Below are positions 19,356 to 32,055 of a stretch of 64,000 nt of DNA, piece after piece; the first letter of the stretch is position 1, and each line of letters starts with the position of its first letter. This DNA comes from Alphaproteobacteria bacterium. Lineage in GTDB: Bacteria; Pseudomonadota; Alphaproteobacteria; MPNO01; UBA830. The notes beneath the pieces are model-generated. The model had not been told where the DNA came from and did not search any database. It saw only the letters and a program-made list of their open reading frames with translations. The stretch lies in the NCBI GenBank assembly GCA_965243135.1, contig OZ251539.1, positions 4,320,001 to 4,384,000 of the forward strand. Direction: 5' to 3'. Made by a program: the position numbers and the translations under genes.

Positions 19356-20060
19356 TCAGGGTCGGCGCGGCCCGAAAATCGCCGTGCCGACGCGCACTTC
19401 GGTCGCCCCCAAGCCGACCGCCGTCTCGAAATCCGCCGACATGCCCATGCTGAGGCGGGCGACGCCGTTGCGTTCGGCGAGCGCCGCCAGCCGTCCGAAG
19501 TGAAGCGCCGGGTCCTCCCGCGCGGGCGGGATGCACATCAGCCCGGCTATCTCGAAGCCGAACTCCGTCCGGCATCGCGCGACGAACGCATCCGCCGCGG
19601 CCGGAAGGACGCCCGATTTTTGCGGCTCTTCTCCCGTGTTCACTTGCACGAAGAGCGCGCAGCGCCGGTCCTGCCGTTCGAATTCCCGGGCGAGCGCCCG
19701 GGCGAGGCGCTCCCGATCCAGTGTCTGAATCGCGTCGAACAGCGCGACGGCCTCGGCGGCCTTGTTGGTTTGCAGGGAGCCGATCAAATGGAGCTCCGCA
19801 TCGGGGAATTCCGCCCGGAGGGCGGGCCATTTGGCGGCGGCTTCCTGCACGCGGTTCTCTCCGAACGTCCGGTGTCCGGCCGCGAGCGCGGCCCGTGCCG
19901 ACGCAGCGCCATGCGCTTTGGAGACCGCCACGAGCGACACGGTTTCGGGGTTCCGCCCGGCAGCCCGCGCGGCGTCCGCGATCCGCCGCCTTACGGCCGC
20001 CAGATTGGCCGCGGCCACGTCCGGCGTCAGGTTCGCGCCGCTTCCCGGAACGTCTCTCAT
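19356..20060 (-). CDS. yggS: YggS family pyridoxal phosphate homeostasis protein
   Basis: LVAVSK, FGENRVQE, HLIGSLQTNK, LSMGMSADF, VRVGTAIFG. Confidence 0.95.
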   Translation of the reverse strand: MRDVPGSGANLTPDVAAANLAAVRRRIADAARAAGRNPETVSLVAVSKAHGAASARAALAAGHRTFGENRVQEAAAKWPALRAEFPDAELHLIGSLQTNKAAEAVALFDAIQTLDRERLARALAREFERQDRRCALFVQVNTGEEPQKSGVLPAAADAFVARCRTEFGFEIAGLMCIPPAREDPALHFGRLAALAERNGVARLSMGMSADFETAVGLGATEVRVGTAIFGPRRP

Positions 20061-20166
20061 GACGCGACGATAGGGCGCGGCCGCCCGCCGATCAAACGGC
20101 CGCCGCCGGGGCGAGCGAAGCGTTCGCCGACGACTGCCGGCCGGCGAACCCGAGCGGTCGCAGCCG

Positions 20167-21027
20167 TCAATAGACTCCGGGAGCCGGAGGCTTCGGCGTC
20201 GCCCGAAGCCGCTTCACCAGATCGTCGAGCTGTTCCAGCGACTCGTAAGCCAGAGTGACGGTGCCGCCGTTGCCGTCGAACGAGATTTTCGTCTTGAGCC
20301 CGAGCGCATTGCTGAGCGACCTCTCGAGGGCGAGCGTATCCGCGTTCTCGACCGCGGGACGCCGGGACCGGCCCTTGCCCGGCTTTCGGAGGCGCTCCGC
20401 GGCGCGCACCGACAGTCCTTCCGCCTCGATGCGTCGCGCCAGCGCGACGGCATCGGGCGCGCCGACGAGGGCGCGCGCGTGTCCAGCCGTAAGCTTGCCC
20501 TCGGCAAGCATCGTCTGCACTTCGTCGGGAAGCTCGAGAAGCCTCGTCGTATTGGCGACGTGGCTTCGGCTCTTGCCCACGACGACCGCGACCTCGTTCT
20601 GGGTCTTGCCGAACTCCTGCGCCAGCCGCGAATAAGCCTGCGCCTCCTCGATGGCCGAAAGGTCATCGCGCTGGATATTTTCGATCAGCGCGACCGCCAG
20701 CGCTTCCTCGTCGGAAAGATCGCGCACCACGACGGCGATTTCGTGAACCTGCGCCCGCTGCGCCGCTCGCCACCTGCGTTCGCCGGCGACGATTTCGAAA
20801 TCGCCGGACGCGCCTGGACGAACGATCAGCGGCTGCAGGACGCCTTTCTCCCGAATCGAGCGCGCCAGTTCCTCCAGCGCGCTTTCGTCGAAACGGCGTC
20901 GCGGCTGGAGAGGACAAGGCGTCAGCATGGCCGTCGGCACGGTGCGGACGCCGACGGACGCGTCCCCGGCGCGGTCTTCGCCGAAGAGCGCCTTGAGGCC
21001 GCGTCCGAGCGGTTGGCTTCCGTTCAT
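20167..21027 (-). CDS. parB: ParB/Spo0J chromosome partitioning protein
   Basis: LGRGL, QPRR, GVLQPLIVR, AGERRWRAA, ENIQRDDL, GKSRSHVAN HTH. Confidence 0.96.
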   Translation of the reverse strand: MNGSQPLGRGLKALFGEDRAGDASVGVRTVPTAMLTPCPLQPRRRFDESALEELARSIREKGVLQPLIVRPGASGDFEIVAGERRWRAAQRAQVHEIAVVVRDLSDEEALAVALIENIQRDDLSAIEEAQAYSRLAQEFGKTQNEVAVVVGKSRSHVANTTRLLELPDEVQTMLAEGKLTAGHARALVGAPDAVALARRIEAEGLSVRAAERLRKPGKGRSRRPAVENADTLALERSLSNALGLKTKISFDGNGGTVTLAYESLEQLDDLVKRLRATPKPPAPGVY

Positions 21028-21833
21028 GTTGCGTTCTCCGTCGCGCCTTCGCGACGCAGGAATTCCCCAGCGAGCCGGATATAGGCCAACGCTCCGGCGC
21101 AGTTCACATCGTACAGCAGAACCGGCTTGCCGTGCGACGGCGCTTCGGAGATCCGGACGTTCCTGGGAATCACGGTCTCGAAGACTCGGTCGCCGAAAAA
21201 CTCCCGGACGTCATCGGAGACCAGCGAACTCAGCCTGTTGCGGCTGTCGAACATCGTCAGAACGATGCCCGCCAGCCGCAGGCTCGGATTGAACCCGGAC
21301 TGCACTGCTTCGATCGTGCGCATGAGTTGTCGAATTCCTTCGAGCGCGAGAAACTCGCATTGCAGCGGCACGAGAACCGAATCGGCAGCCACGAGGGCGT
21401 TCAGCGTCAGCAGTCCGAGCGCGGGCGGACAGTCGACGAGAACGTAGTCGAAGGACGGCGCGACCGGCCGCAGAACCGAGCGCAGGCGCCGTTCCCGTTC
21501 CCGAAGGTCGACGAGTTCCAGTTCCGCCGCCGACAGATCGATGGTGGACGGCATGATCGCGAGACGGGGAACGTCCGTTTCGATCACGGCGTCCTCGAAG
21601 GGGACGCCGCCGAGCAACAGGCCATAGGTTCCCCTCCCCCTGCGGGCCGGCTCGACGCCGAGTCCCGTCGACGCGTTTCCCTGGGGATCGAGGTCGACCG
21701 CCAGAACCCGCTTGCCGACCGCGGCAAGGGCGGTCGCCAGATTGATCGCAGTAGTCGTCTTGCCGACGCCGCCTTTCTGGTTCGCGATCGCCATGACCGG
21801 CGCCGCGACGGCCGCCGACGCGCCTCCGTTCAT
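21024..21833 (-). CDS. parA: ParA family ATPase
   Basis: ANQKGGVGKTTT, DLDPQGNAS, DCPP, IPRNVRISEAPSHG. Confidence 0.96.
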   Translation of the reverse strand: MNGGASAAVAAPVMAIANQKGGVGKTTTAINLATALAAVGKRVLAVDLDPQGNASTGLGVEPARRGRGTYGLLLGGVPFEDAVIETDVPRLAIMPSTIDLSAAELELVDLRERERRLRSVLRPVAPSFDYVLVDCPPALGLLTLNALVAADSVLVPLQCEFLALEGIRQLMRTIEAVQSGFNPSLRLAGIVLTMFDSRNRLSSLVSDDVREFFGDRVFETVIPRNVRISEAPSHGKPVLLYDVNCAGALAYIRLAGEFLRREGATENAT

Positions 21834-22456
21834 CGCGACGCGGCCGCCGGACTCGCCGGTTCCACGTTCGAGAGGCGGAGGATTCGTCCGTCGCGGGAGG
21901 TCGCGCTGTCGAACGCTTCGACCCGCATTTTCCACCGCTTTCGGGCCTCGGCCAGTTCGGCGCGCCATTTTCGGCCCTTGGGAAACAGGCAGGACGCCGG
22001 GCGCAGCGCGGCGGCGAACCCGCAAAGCGCCGATAGAGGCGCCAGCGCGCGCGCCGTAAGGACGTCGGCTCGCGGCGGGCGCGGTCGCAGCGCTTCGATC
22101 CTCGCGTTCAGGATGGAGACCGGAGCGTCCGTCCGCCTCGCGACCTCCCCGAGAAACGCGCATTTGCGCGCATCGGCCTCGACCAACGCCACCGGATGGC
22201 CGGTCGCGATGGCGAGCACCAAGCCGGGGAACCCGGCCCCGCTTCCGAGATCCGTAATGGCCCGCGTTTCCCGGGGAAGCAGCGCCGCGAGCTGAAAAGA
22301 ATCGAGAATGTGGCGATGCCAAAGGTTCGGAAGCGTGGAGGCCGCGACCAGATTGAGCGAGGCGCGCCACGAGACCAGCAGGTCCGCGTACACGCGAAGG
22401 CGGTCCAGCGTTTCACGTGAAACATTCGCGACTGCGGCGAATTCGCGCGGTCCCAT
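21830..22456 (-). CDS. rsmG: 16S rRNA (guanine527-N7)-methyltransferase RsmG
   Basis: VSRET, LNLV, RHILDS, DLGSGAGFPG, TARA, PKG; start could be 22477. Confidence 0.93.
   Translation of the reverse strand: MGPREFAAVANVSRETLDRLRVYADLLVSWRASLNLVAASTLPNLWHRHILDSFQLAALLPRETRAITDLGSGAGFPGLVLAIATGHPVALVEADARKCAFLGEVARRTDAPVSILNARIEALRPRPPRADVLTARALAPLSALCGFAAALRPASCLFPKGRKWRAELAEARKRWKMRVEAFDSATSRDGRILRLSNVEPASPAAASR
22409..22424. promoter_or_regulatory. parS site (ParB-binding palindrome) inside rsmG
   Basis: CGTTTCACGTGAAACA, 15/16 match to consensus TGTTTCACGTGAAACA. Confidence 0.88.
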
Positions 22457-22618
22457 GCATTCTCCGGGCGGATTCACCGCGCCGGCCTGCGGAGCGACCG
22501 CGCCCGAAGCGCGACGCGGGCGACCGGCATGCCGGCGTCGCGGCGGTTTCGCCGGGTTCCCGGCGGCGCGAACGGCTCCGGCGCTTCCTTTGGCCGGCCG
22601 CGGCTGCCCCGAAAGCTT

Positions 22619-24475
22619 CTAGGCGGCGTCACGGCGCCCGGTTCCGCGGCGAACGTGGCGCAGCAACGCCGAGAGAGCCGCAGGCGTCACCCCGGGGATG
22701 CGGCCAGCCGCGCCGAGAGTCTCGGGACGGACGCTGTCCAGTTTCTCGCGCATCTCGCGCGACAATCCGTCGATGCGCTCGAATTCGAGATCGACCGGCA
22801 GCGCGAGCGACTCGTCCCGGCGAAAGAGGTCGATGTCCGCCTGCTGGCGTCCGAGATACCCGGAATAACGCGAATCGTTCGCGATCTGCTTCAACGCGGA
22901 TTGCGGAATATCCGCGACTGCGGGCCACAGGCGAGCCAGCACGGCGGCGTCGACGCCCGGGCGGGCGAGCAGGTCGAGAGCGGTTCGCGCCACGCCGTTG
23001 TCCGCCGCGGGAATTCCGAGGTCGCGAAGGGTTCGCGGCGTGGCGGACAATTCCGCGAGCTGCCGCCGCGCGATCCCGATTTGCTCCGTCTTGCGCCCGA
23101 ATGCGCGGGCGCGAACGCCGGACACGCAGCCGACCTTCATTCCGGCCGGCGTCAGCCGTTGGTCGGCGTTGTCGGCGCGCAGCGAAAGGCGGTATTCGGC
23201 GCGCGACGTGAACATCCGATAGGGCTCGGAGGCGCCGCGCGTGATCAGATCGTCGATCATGACGCCGATATAGGCTTCCGCGCGGTCGAGCGCGAAATGC
23301 GCGCCGCCGGCGTTGATCCCCGCGACCACGCCCTGCGCAGCCGCTTCCTCGTAACCCGTCGTGCCGTTGATCTGGCCGGCGAAATACAATCCCTTCACCC
23401 GCCGCGTTTCCAGGGTGGGGCGCAATTCGCGGGGATCCACGAAGTCGTACTCGATGGCGTAACCGGGCCGAATCATCCGCGCCCGCTCGAGTCCGGGGAT
23501 CAGCGCCAGCATCGCACGCTGCACGCTCTCCGGGAGGGACGTCGATATTCCGTTGGGGTAGACCGTGTCGTCGTCGAGTCCTTCGGGCTCGAGAAAGATC
23601 TGATGACGGTCGCGGTCGGCGAAACGCACGATCTTGTCCTCGATGGACGGACAGTACCGCGGCCCGGTCGATCGGATGCGCCCCGAGTACATCGCCGACA
23701 GATGCAGACTTTCCCGGATCAGATCGTGCGCCTCGCGGTTGGTGTACGTGATATGGCAGTTCGTCTGCGGCACGCGAATGCGCGTCGTCAGCGCGGAGAA
23801 CGGCTCCGGCGGATCGTCGCCGGGCTGCGCCTCCAACGACGCCCAATCGACGGTGCGGCCGTCGATGCGGGGCGGCGTTCCCGTCTTCAGCCGCCCGAGA
23901 CGGAATCCCAGCGCCTTGAGCGTGCGGGACAAGCCGAGCGACGGCGCTTCCCCGACCCGTCCGGCCGGGATCGTCCGGCTTCCGACATGGATCAGCCCGT
24001 CGAGAAACGTTCCCGTCGTCAGAACCACGCGCGGGGCGCTCGCCGTCGTCCCGTCGGCGAGGACGACTCCGGCGACGGCCGCGCGCTCGACCGCGAGATC
24101 CTCCACGCCGCCGTCCATTATGTCGAGGTTTTCCTGGCGCCGGAGAAGATTCTGCACCGCGCGCCGGTAAAGGCGGCGGTCCGCCTGCGCGCGCGGGCCC
24201 TGCACGGCCGGACCCTTCCGCCGGTTGAGAATCCGGAACTGGATCCCGGACCGGTCGATCGCCCGGCCCATGATGCCGTCGAGCGCGTCGATCTCGCGGA
24301 CCAGATGCCCCTTGCCGAGGCCGCCGATCGCCGGATTGCACGACATTTCGCCGATCGTGGACCGCTTGTGCGTCACGAGCAGTACGCGCGCGCCCATGCG
24401 CGCGGCGGCGGCGGCGGCCTCGCAACCCGCATGCCCTCCGCCGACAACGATCACTTCGTAGGAACGATCAGACAT
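22619..24475 (-). CDS. mnmG: tRNA uridine-5-carboxymethylaminomethyl(34) synthesis enzyme MnmG
   Basis: [53 protein letters not shown]. Confidence 0.97.
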   Translation of the reverse strand: MSDRSYEVIVVGGGHAGCEAAAAAARMGARVLLVTHKRSTIGEMSCNPAIGGLGKGHLVREIDALDGIMGRAIDRSGIQFRILNRRKGPAVQGPRAQADRRLYRRAVQNLLRRQENLDIMDGGVEDLAVERAAVAGVVLADGTTASAPRVVLTTGTFLDGLIHVGSRTIPAGRVGEAPSLGLSRTLKALGFRLGRLKTGTPPRIDGRTVDWASLEAQPGDDPPEPFSALTTRIRVPQTNCHITYTNREAHDLIRESLHLSAMYSGRIRSTGPRYCPSIEDKIVRFADRDRHQIFLEPEGLDDDTVYPNGISTSLPESVQRAMLALIPGLERARMIRPGYAIEYDFVDPRELRPTLETRRVKGLYFAGQINGTTGYEEAAAQGVVAGINAGGAHFALDRAEAYIGVMIDDLITRGASEPYRMFTSRAEYRLSLRADNADQRLTPAGMKVGCVSGVRARAFGRKTEQIGIARRQLAELSATPRTLRDLGIPAADNGVARTALDLLARPGVDAAVLARLWPAVADIPQSALKQIANDSRYSGYLGRQQADIDLFRRDESLALPVDLEFERIDGLSREMREKLDSVRPETLGAAGRIPGVTPAALSALLRHVRRGTGRRDAA

Positions 24476-24522
24476 GCAGGGCAAACTAGGCAACCTTCGC
24501 TGCGCTGTAAAGACGAACCGGG

Positions 24523-24538
24523 CGTTTCACGTGAAACA
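24523..24538. promoter_or_regulatory. parS site between mnmE and mnmG
   Basis: CGTTTCACGTGAAACA, identical to the copy at 22409. Confidence 0.9.
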
Positions 24539-24558
24539 ATCGCCGTACGGCGCCGGCT

Positions 24559-25887
24559 TCACTTTCCAATGCAAAAATCTCGAAAGACGACGTCGAGCAA
24601 CTCCTCGACGTCCACCCGGCCGGTGACCCGGCCGAGGGAGCGCGCCGCGATCCTGAGATCCTCGGCGATCAGCTCCACCTCTCCGGCCGCTGCCGCCCGG
24701 GCCAGCGAATCGGCGCACTCCCCGATCGCGATCCGATGACGCAGCCGGGTGAGATGGGTTCCCTCCTTCCGCGGCATGAGGCCAGCCATTCGCGTCAGAA
24801 TGCGCTGCAGCAAATCCTGCAGCCCGTCGCCGGTCTTCGCCGAAACGGCGACCGTTTCCGCGCCGCCGATTTCGGCGGGCGGGACGAAGCCCAGATCGAT
24901 CTTGTTGACGACCGCGAGGGCGCCGCGATCGAGAAGGGCGAGGCTCGCGGCGTCGGGGGGGACCGCGCCGTCGAACACGACCAGGACGAGATCGGCGGTT
25001 TTCGCCCGGTCGAGAGCGCGGCGGACGCCCTCTTTCTCGACCGGGCCCGGCGCGTCGCGAAGGCCGGCCGTATCGGCCGCGACGACGGGCCAGCCGCCGA
25101 GATCCAGATGGACTTCGATCACGTCCCGGGTGGTTCCTTCGGTCTCCGACACGATCGCCGCGTCGCGCGCGGCCAGCGCGTTGAGCAGCGAGGATTTTCC
25201 GGCATTCGGCGCGCCGGCGATCGCGACGTGCATGCCGTCGCGCAGGCGTTCTCCGCGACGGCTGTCGTCGAGGAAACTCCGCAGAGACGCCTCCAGATCC
25301 ACGATTCCGGCCGTCGCTGCGGCCGCGGTTTCCTCGGGCAGGTCCTCGTCGGGGAAATCTATCCACGCCTCCAGATGGGCCAGCGTTTCGATCAGGGAGG
25401 CGCGCCAGACGTCGAGCCGGCGCGAAAGCCCGCCGCCCAGCTGATGCAGCGCCTGGCGGCGCTGCGCGTCGGTTTCCGCCGCGACGAGATCGGCCAGGCC
25501 CTCCGCCTCGGCGAGGTCGATCTTGCCCGCCAAAAACGCGCGCCTCGAGAATTCTCCCGGTTCGGCGAGCCGAACGCCGTCCCGGCGGGCCAGAACGGCG
25601 GAAACGGCCTCGACGGTCGCGCGGCCGCCGTGAACGTGAAACTCCGCGACGTCCTCGCCGGTGAAGCTGGCCGGCGAGGGAAACCAGAGCAGCAAACCGT
25701 CGTCAAGCGGCGCGCCGTCGGCGGGATCCCGCAGCCGGCAACGCACCGCCTTGCGCGGCGGCAATTCCCCGAGACGCGCCAGTTCCCGCGCCGCGACGCC
25801 GGCGGCCGGTCCGGAAAGCCGGATTACCGCGACGCCGGCGCGTCCGGGCGCGCTCGCCAGCGCAAAGATCGTATCGCCGGGCGTCAA
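24559..25887 (-). CDS. mnmE: tRNA modification GTPase MnmE
   Basis: DTIFALAS, SFTGED, GAPNAGKSS, GTTRD, DTAG, NKID, FCIGK C-terminus. Confidence 0.97.
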   Translation of the reverse strand: MTPGDTIFALASAPGRAGVAVIRLSGPAAGVAARELARLGELPPRKAVRCRLRDPADGAPLDDGLLLWFPSPASFTGEDVAEFHVHGGRATVEAVSAVLARRDGVRLAEPGEFSRRAFLAGKIDLAEAEGLADLVAAETDAQRRQALHQLGGGLSRRLDVWRASLIETLAHLEAWIDFPDEDLPEETAAAATAGIVDLEASLRSFLDDSRRGERLRDGMHVAIAGAPNAGKSSLLNALAARDAAIVSETEGTTRDVIEVHLDLGGWPVVAADTAGLRDAPGPVEKEGVRRALDRAKTADLVLVVFDGAVPPDAASLALLDRGALAVVNKIDLGFVPPAEIGGAETVAVSAKTGDGLQDLLQRILTRMAGLMPRKEGTHLTRLRHRIAIGECADSLARAAAAGEVELIAEDLRIAARSLGRVTGRVDVEELLDVVFRDFCIGK

Positions 25888-25894
25888 CGGCCCC

Positions 25895-26131
25895 TCAGTT
25901 TCCGTCCTTCTTCGCGGCGAACGTTTCGAAAAACCGCTTCTGCAATTCTTCGAAACCCTGAACGCCGGCCGACGTCCATTGGGCCATCAATTTTTCGGCG
26001 TCCATCGTCCGCGCCGTCTCCGCCGCCCGCTTCGCGAGCTCCTCGACGATCGCATCGTTTACAGGCGCCACGTCCGGCAGGCCGAGGAAGCGGCGCGCTT
26101 CCTCGGGCGTGCAGTCGAACGATATCTTCAT
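25895..26131 (-). CDS. Small conserved protein (DUF6489-like)
   Basis: [21 protein letters not shown]; RBS GGAGGA upstream. Confidence 0.8.
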   Translation of the reverse strand: MKISFDCTPEEARRFLGLPDVAPVNDAIVEELAKRAAETARTMDAEKLMAQWTSAGVQGFEELQKRFFETFAAKKDGN

Positions 26132-26231
26132 TCCTCCGCTCCTCCGTCGCAGCCCTCGCGCGTTCCCGAGTTTGTCTCGGTCGCGTTCCCGTAGCATGTT
26201 AACTTCCGCCTCAACTTTCGGATACCCCCTC

Positions 26232-28253
<2,022 letters not shown>

Positions 28254-28264
28254 AATCGCGAACT

Positions 28265-28495
28265 TCGTGCAGCTCGCAGATTCCAGACCGCGGCAGCCGC
28301 GCTTGCGCTTCTCGACACAGCATGCACGACAGTCGCCAAGCGTTCGCGGAGAACCTGGCAGCCGATCCGCAATGTACCGGCGCTCGCAGGCCCGGCGGCT
28401 GCGCGTCGGGACATGCTTCGAAACGGCACGCGCCTGGACGCAACGTTCGCGTCGAAGAACGCGCTTTGCCTTCCGAGCTTCCTGTTCGTCCATGT
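28265..28495 (-). pseudogene. Probable degraded PIN-domain (VapC) toxin
   Basis: Minus-strand fragments AFFDANV and LRIGCQVLRERLATVV resemble the PIN DTN and (S)xQVLxE motifs; frames disrupted. Confidence 0.4.
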
Positions 28496-29637
28496 TCCCT
28501 TCAGTCCGCTTCCGAAGCCCGCACGTCAGCGGCGCTGTAGCGCCTCCGGCGCAACAGAACAGCAGTTTCAGGCGGGGACAGCGTTTTGGCCAAGCGGCCA
28601 AGCCCAATACTTGAGCCGGTGCCTCACTATTTCCTTGTATAGCATCAAGAGAAAATGTGACTTTCGTATATAATTCCTTAACTTTCTATCAACCGAGCCA
28701 TCCACGGCCGAAAGCGAACACAGTCGAGAACATCCGGGGAAGACGATGATGCGAGACTTGGAAATGCTGCGCGGAACGGACTTGGCGACGCTGTTGAAGC
28801 GACGCGAGAACAGCCTACGGAAGGCAACGGGGAAAAGGACATTGTCACGAACCTTGATGCCGCCCGAGGAATATGTGGCGGTCGACGCAGCTCAAACTGA
28901 GCGAGCGCATACCAGATCCAAACCGGCAGAATCCGACGCAACCCACGAGGACGACGGAAGTTCCGAGTCCGCCTGAACCGATCAATTATCAACTCAAAAT
29001 GCAAGACGGGCGATTAGCGATCTCTGTCGTGATGACAATACCAGAACAGGCCGGGCTGTGAGTCACGATATCCGGGCGGTGGGAGCGTTCGCCATAGGGA
29101 TACTTTTCCCGCCAGAGGACGTGAGCCGTTCGACAACACCCGCACGGTTCCGAAATTCGCAGACAGCGCGTGCGGCGCTGGCGGATCGGCGCAAAAGAGA
29201 CGGAGATCCGTCTTGCGACGCGGTTTCGACTCCTTGACATATGAATTCCCCCGCGAGGACTTGCGGCGGCCGACGCCCGCGGGCAACGCATCGCCGTCGG
29301 CTGCCGGGTTGCCGGGGCGCGGCCATGGCTGCGCGGCTCCGTTCGCGCAAGGACGACAGACAGCGCACCGTGAACGACGATCGTTCGCGGACGCGCCGCG
29401 AATGCAGAACCGAACGTCCGCGTTCCCCGGACGAAATGCGGGCCGCCGAAACCGAAGCCCCGGCATGGCGAACATGCCTCGCCTTCCGGGGCGAGTTCCC
29501 CGCGCTTCCGGCAAACCCGACCGGACGCTTGCCCGGATCTGGCGACGGAGCGGAATCGTGACCGCCAACCGGGAAAGAGGCGCCGCCTGCGCCTTGGAGA
29601 ACGAGGCGCCGCGCCATCCGGCCGTGCGTTCCGCGGT

Positions 29638-30342
29638 TTGAACGAGATACTGCAAGGTCTGATCGAGGCCGCGCACCTGATCGTGACGTTCGACGGCGAC
29701 CTGTACGAGATCGCCGCTCGCTCCCTGGAGGTCACGGTAACGGCGGTGATCATCGCCTCCGCCATCGGCCTGCCCGTGGGCGCCTGGATCGCGGTCAACC
29801 GTTTCCGCTGGCGGCGCCACGCGATCGCCGTTCTCAACGCCCTGATGGGCCTGCCGCCAGTGGTGGTGGGCCTCGTCGTATATCTGTTGCTCAGCCGCTC
29901 CGGGCCGTTCGGCGTCCTGGATCTTCTCTTCACGCCGGCGGCCATGATCGCCGCCCAAGTCATCATCGTCACGCCGCTCGTCGCCTCGGTTGCCCATCAG
30001 GCGATCCGCGACCTCTGGGCCGAATACCGCGACCTGTTGATCTCGATCCATACGACCAAACCGCAACGCATCCGCGCGCTTCTGTGGGACGCGCGGCGCG
30101 CGCTCCTGACCGCCGCGCTAGCGGGTTTCGGGCGCGCGATCGGCGAAGTGGGCGCGATCATGATCGTAGGCGGCAACATCGACCACGCGACCCGGGTCCT
30201 GACCACCGCCATTGCGCTCGAAACCAGCAAGGGAAACTTCGCCCTCGCCCTCGGCCTGGGTTTCGTGCTGATCGCGCTGGCGATCGCCGTCAACGTCCTC
30301 ATCCATACGCTTTCGCGCACCGAGCGGGCCAGCCAGTGGTAG
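29638..30342 (+). CDS. tupB: Tungstate ABC transporter permease
   Basis: LMGLPPVVVGL, GFGRAIGEVGAIMIVGGNI, TRVLTTAIALETSKG. Confidence 0.9.
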   Translation: MNEILQGLIEAAHLIVTFDGDLYEIAARSLEVTVTAVIIASAIGLPVGAWIAVNRFRWRRHAIAVLNALMGLPPVVVGLVVYLLLSRSGPFGVLDLLFTPAAMIAAQVIIVTPLVASVAHQAIRDLWAEYRDLLISIHTTKPQRIRALLWDARRALLTAALAGFGRAIGEVGAIMIVGGNIDHATRVLTTAIALETSKGNFALALGLGFVLIALAIAVNVLIHTLSRTERASQW

Positions 30343-30529
30343 CTTCTTCGCCGCGGGCCGCGTTTGATCATGGGCACCGGCTTTTTTGACGGGTGACGCC
30401 AGACAACCGCAATTCTTGACATTCCCGCGCCGTTCAATGACGATTCCCGATCATGGCTTCTCCCGTTCCGCTGTTCTCGAATCCCCCCGGAGTTTCGCGG
30501 GGACCGGACGCATCCCCGCGAACGCGCAC

Positions 30530-31261
30530 TTGGCCGACCGGCTCCTGACCTCCTCGATCCTCCCGCTCCGCTTGGAAGGTGCCGAACTGCGGCGGCGCGG
30601 CGTCCGGCTCTTCGGCCCGGTCGAACTCGAAATCGGGCGCGAGGGGGCGACCGTCGTGATCGGTCCGAACGGATCCGGCAAGACCTCGCTGCTGCGGCTA
30701 ATGCACGGGCTCGAACGCGCGACGCGGGGCCGGGTGACCTGGGCAGCGCCGGCGAACGAGGCGCGAACCCGCCAAGCCTACGTATTCCAGACCCCGATCG
30801 CGATGCGCCGACGCGTCGTCGACAACATCGCCTACCCGTTGCTCGTCCACGGCTTCGGCCGCGCCGAAGCTCGCAGGCGGGCGGCGGAATGGGCGGCGAA
30901 AGTCGGCCTCGGCGACATGCTGGAACGGCCGGCGCCGGTTCTCTCGGGCGGCGAGAAACAGAAGCTGGCCCTTGCGCGGGCGCTGATCCGCGACCCGGAA
31001 ATCCTGTTCCTCGACGAACCCTGCGCCAATCTCGACGGACGCGCGACCCGGGAGATAGAGACGATCCTCGCGGCGGCGCGCGCCGCCGGCGCCCGCATCG
31101 TGATGGCGACGCACGACATGGGCCAGGCGCGGCGCATCGCCACCGAAGTCCTGTTCCTGCTTCACGGCCGGTTGCACGAGGCGGCGCGCGGCTCCGATCC
31201 GCTCGACCGGCTCGCGACCCCCGAAGCGCAGGCGTTCCTCAAGGGAGACATCGTCGAATGA
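30530..31261 (+). CDS. tupC: Tungstate ABC transporter ATP-binding protein
   Basis: GPNGSGKT, LSGGEKQ, LDEP, THD. Start uncertain (TTG at 30530; the ORF extends to 30386). Confidence 0.85.
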   Translation: MADRLLTSSILPLRLEGAELRRRGVRLFGPVELEIGREGATVVIGPNGSGKTSLLRLMHGLERATRGRVTWAAPANEARTRQAYVFQTPIAMRRRVVDNIAYPLLVHGFGRAEARRRAAEWAAKVGLGDMLERPAPVLSGGEKQKLALARALIRDPEILFLDEPCANLDGRATREIETILAAARAAGARIVMATHDMGQARRIATEVLFLLHGRLHEAARGSDPLDRLATPEAQAFLKGDIVE

Positions 31262-32055
31262 TCCGGATCCTCGCCGTCGCCGCGGCGCTCTTCGCCGCCG
31301 CGGACCTCCGCGCCGAGACGATGCGGATGGCGGTCACGACGTCGTTCCACAATTCCGGATTGTCCCGCGTCCTGCTGCCGGAGATAAGGCGCGACCTGGG
31401 AATCCAGGTGCAGCTTCTCGTCGTCGGAACCGGGCAGGCGCTGCGTCTCGGACAGGCCGGCGACGTCGACGCGGTCCTCGTCCACTCGCCCGCCGCCGAA
31501 GAGGACTTCGTGGCCGCGGGGTTCGCCGTCCGTCGCCGGGAAATCATGTACAACGACTTCGTGGTGATCGGGCCGTCCGGCGACCCGGCCGGAGTCGCGG
31601 CCGCCGCCGGCGCCGCCGCGGCGCTCGCCAGGATCGCCCGCGCCCGGGCCGCGTTCGTGAGCCGCGGCGACGACAGCGGCACCCACAAGAAGGAACTCGC
31701 GCTGTGGCGATCGGCGAAGTTGAAGCCCGGCGGAAACTGGTACCGTTCGGTCGGCGCCGGCATGGGCGCGGCGCTCAACGCAGCCGCGGCGATGGAGGCG
31801 TACCTGATTTCGGACCGCGCCAGCTGGCTCGCTTTCGGAAGGAAGAAAAAACTGAAACTGCTCTACGCCGACGATCCGGCCCTTTTCAATCAATACGCCT
31901 ACCTGCCCGTAAACCCGGCGCGGCACCCGCACGTCAAGCGGGAGGCCGCGGCGCGGCTGGAGGCCTGGCTGGCCGGACCTCGCGCCAGGGACCTCATCGA
32001 CGGCTACCGGCTGGGCGGCGAACGCCTTTTCACGCACAACGCCCGGGATCAATGA
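31258..32055 (+). CDS. tupA: Tungstate-binding periplasmic protein
   Basis: Signal peptide, VTTS..SGL, VGTGQAL, FVSRGDDSGTH, SDRASW, LFNQY TupA motifs. Confidence 0.9.
   Translation: MIRILAVAAALFAAADLRAETMRMAVTTSFHNSGLSRVLLPEIRRDLGIQVQLLVVGTGQALRLGQAGDVDAVLVHSPAAEEDFVAAGFAVRRREIMYNDFVVIGPSGDPAGVAAAAGAAAALARIARARAAFVSRGDDSGTHKKELALWRSAKLKPGGNWYRSVGAGMGAALNAAAAMEAYLISDRASWLAFGRKKKLKLLYADDPALFNQYAYLPVNPARHPHVKREAAARLEAWLAGPRARDLIDGYRLGGERLFTHNARDQ

Noticed and set aside
22108-22425. ORF beginning MFHVKR
   Set aside because: Translation artefact of the parS palindrome inside rsmG.
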